A stretch of 64,000 nt of DNA from Schmidtea polychroa. Lineage: Eukaryota. The position numbers were made by a program, and so were the translations under genes. Where the stretch lies: contig CM097888.1 of assembly GCA_044892525.1 (NCBI GenBank), forward strand, positions 91,264,001 to 91,328,000, written 5' to 3'. Shown piece by piece: positions 53,769 through 64,000 of the stretch. The notes below the pieces were generated by a model. That model was not told the DNA's origin, made no database searches, and worked only from the letters and a program-made list of their open reading frames with translations. Within the stretch, counting starts at the first letter, position 1; each line of letters begins with the position of its first letter.

Positions 53769-56700
53769 TTAATAATAAATAGGTAAATAATGATTGTAAA
53801 AAACAAAACAATTTAAACCAATTTCTTTTTTCACTACTTGCCAAAATGCTGATTGCATAACATATGATGATGGGCACTAAATATGTATTTCCAGTCTCCC
53901 CATCATTTGAATATTGCTTTACATGCGAATGCAGGTTTACAAAATTCTGAATTTCTTTTTTTAGTAACATCTATGAGCAAAATTTGTATTTTTTCTCTCA
54001 TTTGTTGGATTTATTTAATTTCTCTGTATTTTAATCCCGGAACAAAATTTTGATGATTGTTTGAATAATTACAAAACTGATTATTATTTATTTTAATTTT
54101 GCTTTTTTCTATCTAATTGATTTTCCGAAATAAATGCATTTTTGTTTCTATTTCAGAGTTGTTTTTATTTATTTATATTAAATGTTCAAAATGATCATAA
54201 TTAGTTTCTTTAACGATTATTTGATGCGATGTTAAGGGGTTTTATTGGTTATAATTGTGATTTATAAGTTTTTCACAAGCTATTGGCTGGCTTCATCATC
54301 CATTTTTATGGTTGCACATTTTGTCTGAGATTCACTAATGTCGATTCTATGAATTCCTATTTTATATTAATGATAATGATTAAATATCTCGAACAATTTA
54401 TTGAGAATTTACATCAATACAAATTAATAATAATTATTGAATTATTATTTCTTTTTAAAAAAGTTTTCATTTAAAAATTAAATTCAATATTAATTAATTA
54501 ATATTAATATATTTTATAACTAAATAAGAATTTGTTGATTAATTAATGTCAATTTGTATGTTTATAAATTTATAAATTTCAATTATATTTTACAAGTTTG
54601 TTTTTTTTGACATTATATCGAAGGGAATTTAATTCAGGACATCGGGTGAACTGAATTCTTCTATTGCAGAATTGTTGAAATTTGATCATTTAATCATTTA
54701 GATTGAAAATTAAATAATTACAACAAATTAGTAATCCATTTTAATTTTTAAAAATCTCATTGATATAGATATAGACGAATCAAATAAATTTTTAATTAAC
54801 TTTTAAATAACCATTTTATAACCAGTAATGTGCGAATATGACTAAATAGCTTTAAAAGTCATTTCATTTGTAAAAATACACAGTGGTTTGACTTCTTGAA
54901 CCTCATGGTTTGACTTCGTCATCAGATTACTGGCATTCAACATTTTATTGAATCCGATACAACAATAACCTTTTCCTTTTTGTGGAACAGACCGAGATCT
55001 TCTTATATAGTTCCTAGTATCACGGATTCAAATGTGAGACAAGTTATATTCTACAATTATTCAATTCTTACTAGCAAACACAAAATATAGATAAATCTGA
55101 AAAAGCAACATTTATATAAGTCTATTAATGTTTCCGAATACTTTTTCATGTTTCCTGCTATATGAAATGATTATTTTATGTGATTTGTCTATGCTTTGCA
55201 ATTGCATTTTCAAAGGTAACCAATCAATNNNNNNNNNNNNNNNNNNNNNNNNNNNNNNNNNNNNNNNNNNNNNNNNNNNNNNNNNNNNNNNNNNNNNNNN
55301 NNNNNNNNNNNNNNNNNNNNNNNNNNNNNNNNNNNNNNNNNNNNNNNNNNNNNNNNNNNNTTAATAAATTTATTTATTAGGGAAGTACAAGTATAGAAGA
55401 AGCATTAGCAGGTCCAATGAGAGAACATTTAAAGCAATTGGTATTACGCGACCTTCATTTATGCCAGCCATGGTATCATGACTCTATTCGTCGAAGTGAC
55501 GCAGAACAGCGATTGCAAGAAGCTGGACATACTGAAGGACAATATTTGTTAATTTTAATTACATTTTTAATTAGTTATTATTAATTTCACTTCAGAGTTC
55601 GCTATAGAAAAGATGATAATAACTTTGTGCTTTCTTTGAGTTATCAAAACCAACCGAAACATTACAAAATAAATTGCGCATCGGATAAATTCCAAATCGA
55701 CGGTGGTCAATATTTCAGCAGTTTGATCGAAGTAAATTAAAACACGTTTTTAAAATATAAGCAGTTATGTCAAAATAAAATGAATTTTAAATTAATTTAA
55801 TCGATTAAAAATTTCTTGCCAATAAAATTGTTGTGAAAATAATTGAATAAAATCGAATTTCTATTCATTTTCAAAATGTTAATCTAGATGATCGATCACT
55901 ATCATTTTCGCCAAGATGGACTGCTATGTAAATTGAGATTTCCAGTCGAATCTCCGAAGTATCAGAGATCGAGATCTGGTAATATTTTATTACTTCATGA
56001 CGTTTTTGTTGTTTTAATGTGACACATATGTCAATCGTTGACAGCGTATTTTTTTGTTCATTTCATTTATTGATGCATTATAAATGATGGAGAAAATATA
56101 TTTTTTTAATGTTTATTACAACTAATAAATTAATTGGCGGTAATATTAAAACGGAAATAAAATCAACCAATTATAAATGGTTCATATAAAATTTATTAAT
56201 TTTCATGTTAATCTGTAAATTTCCAAATTAATAAATTTTCTTGATTGTTTATGGCAGAGGTGTGCAGCCAAAAGTGGTCCGAGGGCCACTTTTAGGAAAA
56301 TTATTTTTATAGGGCCAGAAAAAATTTTAAAAAATGAACAGATTAATTATTTTATTCTTTCTGTGACTTTGAACTCTCCACAAGAGAATTAATGTCCGGT
56401 GAAATCCCGGATATTGCTAATCGCAAGGAACTTTCAAGATGATGATCAGTTATCCTGGATCTCTGAACTGATTTAACGAATTTCATTCTGGAGAATAGCT
56501 GCTCACACTTGTTTTTTTGCTTTCATCCTCAGCTCTATTCTCCCCTGCAAATCTATCAGTTCCAGTTGGATTTGATGTGGAGCTGTTGAAACATCAACAT
56601 CGAATGGAGAAGAAAAAATTTTAAATCCAATATTATGAATTCGAAAATCATTAAATCGGATCATAAATTCTTCATGTAAAATTTCCAATTCATTTTATAG

Positions 56701-59700
56701 GAACAATTAAAAGAAGAAGAATCGCGGAGCCTTTTAGCTATCATAGTATAAAACTCAATTTATTCGTATGTTTTTTGATTTCTACGGGCCAGAAAAATTC
56801 GCCTCGCGGGCCACCATTTGCACGCCACTGGTTTATGGAATATTGAAAATTTTATCAATTTTTGATTAGTAAATCAATAAGTCTCTAAATAATTGAATAT
56901 ACGGTGTAGGAAATTGACAATTTCACGGGTATATAATTGAAAATAAATATAGGAGCTACAAGTACAATTTAAACAATTTCGTAAACGTTTAGTGTGAGAT
57001 AGAAAGTTACTTATAGTTGTTGAAATGTCTGAATGGGTTCAATCTACGGTATATAGTCAAATATTTCATTCTCTTCATAATACATATTATAGTTGAGAAT
57101 TTTGTTGTGTAAAATAAAAAGAAATGAAGAAAATAAAAAGAAAATACAAGCTTGTCTATTAAATTGAAACTGATAATCAAATAGTAACTTCCTAAATCCA
57201 ATTTATTTTCATCAAAGACGATAAACTGAACTCTAATGTGTTATATACACCGCATATATAGGACATGGAAAAGGTTTTAATCTTACCTTTATGTCATTAA
57301 GATTTTGTGTCCGATTTTTCTAGTACCAACAACAACGAAGGGAAGAACTTAAAATTATATAGAAGTAATGTGAAATATTATATTCTGAATATAATGCCTA
57401 TCAACAGTATGAGTTAAATATGCCATATTGAATATTTGCTAAATTTTTTTCTTTGTAAATATTAAATACTTTAAAAGTACTATAATGTTGTAAATTCTAT
57501 TTTAAGCAAAATTTTGTGCTCAAAATGTTCATTTTTAAAATAATTATGGATTAATTCCTCATAAATATAAATCCTTTCTACGTGAGTTAAATGACATAAA
57601 GACAATTTAATAATACTTTATGAACTACGACACGAGATCATAAAAGTGCAAAAAATATGATTTAAGCGTTTATTCTATGAAAATTACCCACACAAATATT
57701 AACCAGTGCTTATAACCGCCTTAGTAAGAGAGCAATATTTTGGGTTAAACTCTAAATTTGGGACNNNNNNNNNNNNNNNNNNNNNNNNNNNNNNNNNNNN
57801 NNNNNNNNNNNNNNNNNNNNNNNNNNNNNNNNNNNNNNNNNNNNNNNNNNNNNNNNNNNNNNNNNNNNNNNNNNNNNNNNNNNNNNNNNNNNNNNNNNNN
57901 NNNNNNNNNNNNNNNNNNNNNNNNNNNNNNNNNNNNNNNNNNNNNNNNNNNNNNNNNNNNNNNNNNNNNNNNNNNNNNNNNNNNNNNNNNNNNNNNNNNN
58001 NNNNNNNNNNNNNNNNNNNNNNNNNNNNNGAAATTTTCGTTATACGGGGGAGCAAAACAATAAAATTAAACATTAAAGCATATTTATTTATTAATTTCAT
58101 CATTAAATAGATTTTCCAAATCGAACACTTTCATGGATAAAGCAGGCACAAGAGAATATAATTTTTCTTTAATATCAACTATTTTCTTTTTAAGTTCTTT
58201 TAGTTCAGATATTCTTTCGAATTCAACAGGCTAAATTGGTTCGTTTGCTTTTTCAAGCGCACGATCTGCTATTTCACGTGTTCCTAATTCAACAAACCTA
58301 AATTTAGAATCGCATTCAATATATTGTTTTAACAAAAGGGACGAAGTCATATATAAGTATAGTTATTACACTTGTTTCTTCAGCTTTAAAACTTGAATAA
58401 GGTATTGGTTCTGTCTGACTTAAATGATATGAATACATTTTTTTAAAACAATGGATTATAGTAGATTCTTTTACTTGGCTCCAAGCAGTTATTACATGTT
58501 GAATTGAGTTTAAAATATTGAAATTGGAAATCTTCGCTTGTAAAGTGTCAAGTATTAAAGAAAAAATAGAATTAAAAAAACTTTGTCGATATTTCAACTT
58601 GAAATGGTAGATAATTCCTTGACCTAGCGGCTGGATTAGTGATGTAGTATTTGGAGGCAAAAACATAAATTTAATATAAGAATAGTCAGGAACGGCATGG
58701 GAACTACAATTATCAAGAATAGACAAAATTTACAGTTCTGTGTAATAAATCGACTATTTAACTTTTCAAAATATTTTTTAAATATCTCTCGTCATCCAAG
58801 CTGAAGCATTATAATCATATAAAAGTCCAAGAGACTCAACCTTGACATTTTTAAATGCTTTTGGAAATTTACTATTGCTTTTCACAAGTGGATCCAGTTT
58901 CTCGCCAGTTTCACTGGCACCAAATAATATGCTAACCCTATTTTTATCATTTTTAGTACCTTCAAATTTAAAATCATGTGCTGCCAGGGTTCTATCAGGA
59001 AAAAGTTTCCAAAACAACCCGGACTCGTCAAAATTTAATATGTTTTTGGGTTCATATTCTTCCAGCTTGGCTCCAACATTCATAGAAAACTCTTTGGCCG
59101 AATTTTTGTCTGCAATGGAGCTTTCTCCAACTATTTTTCTTGATGACATATTGTGTCGTTTTTGGAATTTATATAGCCATCCATTTGAGGCTTTAAAATC
59201 TTTAATTTCGTGTTCTTCTGCAAACCTAATTGCAGTATTTTTTATTATCATTCCCGAAATCGGAAATGAAAGAGCGTTGCACTGAGCTACAAATGATTCC
59301 ATAAATTTTCCTAGCTCACCATGTGTAATATTTACTACTTTTCTTTTGCTTTTTGAATTTAACCATTTCATCATCTCATATTCCTTATTAGTTGTTTTTA
59401 AAATGCCACTTAAAGTTGATCCTGATATACCGTGATCAGTTTTAATGGTGGGTTTTTTATTATCTTATAAAAATCGATTATTTGAATTTTTTCCTCAACG
59501 TCTATTGATTGTCTTTTCTTCTAGAATTCACTCGTTAACTCGAGGTAGATTTTTAAATACTAATAATTTCCAATAGATTTTTAAAAATAGGAATTATTCG
59601 TTGTGTGAAGGGAACACAAAAAAATTAAAATAACCTGAATGAATCTAAATTAATAACAATACAAACCTAAACTCAAATATTACAGACAAAAGATTAAATC

Positions 59701-62700
59701 ACTATGTAATGTAGTTTAATTTAATGTTTATAATAACTTTTTTATGCCTTTCTATCATTTTTAGTTCAAGTTTTATTGGTCTTAAAAAATTTACTTCGTT
59801 AACTAGAAAAATTCCTTGTGTGTGGGTGGGACGTTAAATGGAACGTTAACTGGAACGTTAACTGGAACGTTAACTGGAACGTTAACCCTGGGCCATGAAA
59901 ATCAAGATTATAGTAAATTTTAACAACAAATAAGCTATTTAGATTACCAACTCAGGGATAATCATGCCATATAAAAATGAATACCTTTAAATATAAATAT
60001 TAATATAGAATATTTGACACATTCCGACTATTACAATTGTTTTTCTTTAATTTATATCTTACTAATTAATTAATTTTCAATTTTTATTCTGTAAATTTAT
60101 ATACTTTTTTTATATTATCAATGATTTAATAATTACATTTGTTGTAATTATAGCATAATCTTATAGCAATATGTCAATGTGCTCATATTAATTATATCCC
60201 CGGGAATATTTTAATGTGGTAAATTGTGAAATATTATTATTGAATCGTGTAATTAAATGTTATCAACAAATAAATTGATTTAATGCCTAACATCAACAAA
60301 TTAGATCGTTTTTCGATAAAAACGGAGTGCTGCGTCATAATTAAATTGTCTATTATTCCAGACGCATTTCTCAATGAATCGCCTAATTACTGTATGAAAC
60401 TCCCGGGAATCATTTCAATCGCTATTAGACTGCTGTCTTAGAAAATACGACGAATAAGCATTTACGATATGATCATTAATTGGCATACAAATATTACTTG
60501 ATATGTATACTATTTGTGAATGGATTTCTATTTTGATTATTTTTTATTCACCAATTGCTAAATCGTCTCCCTCCCGAGATGTAATAAATTATGTTGAAGA
60601 AAAGATGGTTTATTATTTGGAATTCAAATTAAGTTTCGACCGCCTGAAAGGTTTCCGGTCCTTAGTTATACCATTAATACTAACTCAAAAACATGCTGAG
60701 AATAGAAAATAATATCTATTTATAAACACTCTTGCATTTATAAATCACTAGAATCATGAAATTCCAAAAATACGCTTCAATCTGGAATGAAAATGACGAA
60801 GAGAATTAAAAGCTCACAATAGTCTTATGAAATTAAATATAATCGCCGATTATATATTTATTATTGGTATTAGCATTTTGGGATGACTTTCAGCTTATTA
60901 TTTGATAATTTTTGTAAAACTCCTTTACAAACTCCCCTAACCCTTTTTGTAATAAATGTTATAAACTTATGAATTTTATGGTATTTTTTTCATTTTCTTT
61001 AATATGACCTTCGTTTCCCTCAAAAATATGGTTACCCTTGTTAAAAGGTGATTTGATGAATACAATAAAGTGTTGCACTATTTCAAATTTCTATGCTGAA
61101 AATGATTGTCAATAAAACAGGATTATTATATTATTATTATTTATTTTAATTGTGAATAAATATAATATTAATAAATACGATATTATTCATTCGTGTTTTC
61201 GTAGGAGCTAATTCTATTACGTCCCGTTCATTGAGTGGAGCTTCGGTATGCCTTTATGCAATAATTTTGGTTGATAAATATTTATTGAAACAGACTCCGA
61301 GCAGCTTACCATTAGCCGGTGAAAAATCCACTCCTCCTCAGCTACGAAACATAAAACCTACTCAGCAGTTCAATCAGATCACCGGTCAATTGCCGACTTT
61401 CTCATCGGAAAGTTCCAGTGAATCCAGTGGTCCCGCCAGTCGGGTTTCTAATAACCCCTGGGGAATACCTGGTCCAGAAATAGCTACGCCTTCGGATTTG
61501 ATTTCATTTTCAGATTGGTCAAATCTTTCCTCGTTAATGAATAATAATGTAAGATCGAGGAAAATATATTTCCATAATATATTTACGAGATTTATTGGTT
61601 TATAATTCTTTTTTAGGAATTTTTTATTTTTAATCAAACATATTTCGGGCTACACACTAAAATGAGGAAGTATTCAGTTGTAATTGCTGTTGAAGGATTT
61701 TTTATTTTTTATCATGAATAAGCATAAATAAAAAAAATTTTAAATAGGAAAAGGTTCTTCATAAAATTTTTACTTTGCTCCACTAAGTGCACCATCAATA
61801 AGCTCAAAAGAGTTATAATAAATATTTTAATAATTGTTTATATTTGCGTCTTGAAAATGGTCAATGACGATTTGTCTAACGAGTTCGTTTTATAAAATCT
61901 TTGCAACAAATCATACAAATCCGACAAGGAAAAATGACTTTTAAACTTGATTCAAACTAAATACTTATACTGCACGTAGTCCTCTATTTTTGTCAAATTC
62001 CTATCTAATATATAATCAACCTGTCTGTCTGCCGGTATGTTCGCTGTTCAAATCCAATTTTCTGAAGAGATCTCAACCAAATTTTGCACAGGTGCCTCTT
62101 TCACACAGATTATAGGCTAAGTTCTACCCAAAATATTTGACCCCGTTTGGTACTTTATATACTACTGATCCTGTTTTCTGGTTACAAAGCAAAGTATAAG
62201 CAAACAGTATAATTCAGAAAATTATCAGGAACAAAAAGTGTTCCTCGGGATGGGTTTGAATGACAAAATGTTCATGCTTTTTTGACCAGCTAGGTTACAC
62301 CCCAATAAAACACCTTGCTTTTGTCATTTCCATCAATAAAACCCAGTCACTGAAAGTTTCAGGAATTAAACTAGAGAATCCCTGTAGTTTACATGGTCAA
62401 CATTTTCAACTTTCTTAAAATGTTAGGTTGACAGGGTAATTTGAAAATGTATTAATATTATGTTTTCTTTTGTATCAGCGCAATCCTTTATTTTTAAAGT
62501 TTTGATCTGTTTTTGCTAATATTTCAAATACAGAAAAAGTTTAGACTTCTTTGTTATGTCGTAAAAATTTCAGAACCTTGCAGCTGTGTGAAAAAGTTTG
62601 CAAGACATAAGGTGGATAGACAAGGAACGAAGTTTGAAAAACTTGTCGCTCACAAATATATGAATTCTATTAAGTTATCTCAATCATGCATAAACTTATT

Positions 62701-63334
62701 GCTGCTCACAGATACCTCTTAGTGTTTCTGATGTATAAATTCAAATTATTAAATTTATTTTAATTAACAAATATTATTTATCTAGGACACCTTAACAAAA
62801 TAAATAGATTTTGTTTCTTTATTAATTTATTTGTTATTCAATTATAAATTTTATAATATTAATATGAATAGAATGTTTCCTCGCAGCAGCCAATCGTAAC
62901 TCCATTGAATATTTTTGCTACAAGTAACATTTTCATGACTTCATCAACCTCAAATGTTTCCTCAGCACCTAATTCCACCAATTTACCAGTCTTTCACAGC
63001 CAAATGATTTCAAATATGATTGCTCCTCTTCATATTAATCAAGAAAAACTTATTGAAGCCTCTTCTAATTTTTCAACTGGATTTACTCCTACACCTACAC
63101 CTGGTAACTGTATGATCTCACAAAATCCCAATTTTAATCCTCTTCAAAATCCACTGTCAATTCGTGTGAATCATTCGTCTGAGTCTTTTGAGCAGCTTTC
63201 TGCAATTTCTGGCGGTAGATCTACTGGCAGCAATCAAAGTCCAAAAATGACTCCCCATCAGTCACGAACATCCAGTAACCAAGGGTTAAATCAACCATCA
63301 ATTATGGATGAACAATGGGAAGAACCGGATCTTG
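48242..63334 (+). CDS. syk: Syk/ZAP-70-family tandem-SH2 tyrosine kinase, 5' part (kinase domain not in window)
   Basis: Exons 48242-48649, 55381-55547, 55596-55731, 55888-55978, 61205-61245, 61294-61548 and 62887-63334 join in frame with GT-AG introns. N-SH2: YYHGRITRDQAE...FLLRES...HHYNIER. Interdomain A without ankyrin repeats (so not Shark). C-SH2: PWYHDSIRRSDAE...YLVRYR...MIDHYHFRQDGLLCKL. A long S/P/N-rich linker follows; the last three exons are less certain. Confidence 0.88.
51400..52165 (-). mobile_element. hAT transposase relic (BED finger to first catalytic Asp) in syk intron 1
   Basis: KKCNTCNAVIKCKSSSISTFITHMK (BED zinc finger), IRKFIHKRGYPMPKSVTTV, and KYDITVDE*TG..KRYLNVTL (hAT DEW motif). 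Subterminal aaaaccg repeats and a cagcactg end at 52158-52165. Confidence 0.78.
53707..53767. repeat. (AAT)n microsatellite
   Basis: About 20 aat units. Confidence 0.95.
56255..56830 (-). mobile_element. hAT Buster/SPIN-like (GTF2IRD2-related) deletion derivative in a syk intron
   Basis: TIRs cagaggtgtgca / tgcacgccactg; perfect TSD gtttatgg. Minus frames EEFMIRFNDF...FSSPFDVD...QLELIDLQ and QLFSRMKFVKSVQRSRITDHHLESSLRLA...PDINSLV match the Buster C-terminus. Confidence 0.92.
58316..59520 (-). mobile_element. Tigger/pogo transposase pseudogene in a syk intron
   Basis: N-terminal psq-HTH relic (RKRQSIDVEEKIQII), CENP-B HTH (FPISGMIIK...FKASNGWLYKFQKRH), NFDESGLFWK and AWMT. After a frameshift at about 58780: ILDNCSSH...FLPPNTTSLIQPLGQGII. 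The third catalytic Asp is replaced by Gly. Confidence 0.92.
59830..59887. repeat. 12-bp tandem repeat (ggaacgttaact) x about 4.5
   Basis: Directly visible. Each unit contains the palindrome gttaac, also seen at 59534 and 59797 near the Tigger 5' end. Confidence 0.85.
62000..62290 (+). mobile_element. Possible non-autonomous Helitron-like repeat
   Basis: Starts tcctatctaatatataa, followed by ctgtctgtctg and a ctcaaccaaattttgcacag motif, an arrangement common in short Helitron-derived repeats. 3' hairpin/CTRR end not confidently located. Confidence 0.35.
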
Positions 63335-63392
63335 GTAATTTTTATAATAACTCAACAATTCATTCTATCAATTTATTTTTATACTATTTATA

Positions 63393-63874
63393 CACCAATC
63401 CCTCGCTTTACGAAGTCTCTTTTTACAAAGTTTCGCTATAACGTAATTTAGAAAAAAATTCAGTTTCTGTTTACGAAAAAAAATTCCATTTACAAATTTG
63501 AATATTTTTGAATATACGGAAACAGAATCTACAAAATAAAACAAACGAATTATGTACTTATTGTTGTGATTACTTGAATATTATAAGTAGAACGTTAACA
63601 TTTTGTATAAATGAGATTTCCTTATTTGTGTTGTTTGGGATATATTTTAGCTGATTTTTTTATATTACTAATTTTATTCGAAAGTGTCTTGATTTAACTA
63701 AATATATTGTAAAATTATAAAAATTGGGAGAAATTGAAGAAATATTAGGACCTGCACCATAAACAATTGTGACAATACGCAACAATAATATTAAAATAAA
63801 AATTCGCTTAACGAGATTTCGATTTACGTTCAATTTTTTGGGAACGAATTAATTCGTTAAGCGAGCGATTGGTG
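63393..63874. mobile_element. Tc1/pogo-type MITE
   Basis: TA-flanked imperfect TIRs caccaatccctcgctttacgaa / ttcgttaagcgagcgattggtg. Confidence 0.75.
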
Positions 63875-64000
63875 TATTAATCATTGAACGAAGTCATATT
63901 TTAACCTATGTTTAAAACAAAAAATAAGTCATAATCAACTTTTCTAATAAAATTACACTAATTTAGTATATTTTTAATTGCTTAGTTAATAAAATTTCTT

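Noticed and set aside
53701-53970. 89-aa ORF with poly-Leu C-terminus
   Set aside because: The poly-Leu is the translated (AAT)n microsatellite.

Overview
AT-rich eukaryotic (metazoan) genomic scaffold with seven N gaps (7953-8190, 9721-9950, 31190-31429, 40561-40731, 49711-49838, 55229-55360, 57765-58029). Minimal GT-AG introns are 44-50 bp and (AAT)n tracts are present. This is compatible with a planarian/flatworm-like genome, which is inference only. Host genes read by hand: the first two coding exons of a JNK MAP kinase (minus, 32633-32334, missed by the ORF track), a 3-exon tetraspanin (37571-39962), the 5' part of a Syk/ZAP-70-type tandem-SH2 kinase gene (48242 to beyond 63334) and a small RRM gene (minus, about 15666-16265). 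The dominant structure is an 11.6-kb, almost invariant 380-bp tandem array carrying 30 complete tRNA-Pro(AGG) genes (19567-31189, cut by a gap). Its left end is fused to a 5'-truncated R2-clade (restriction-like endonuclease) non-LTR retrotransposon with no rDNA target sequence. The junction shows a 13-bp microhomology to the array unit plus inverted and duplicated pieces. Array and R2 lie downstream of JNK exon 2 on the same strand, apparently in a JNK intron, although a gap separates them. The rest is a dense mix of hAT MITEs with 8-bp TSDs, IS630/Tc1, Tigger/pogo, piggyBac, Penelope and Gypsy relics. All family calls are by-eye motif recognition; no database search was run.
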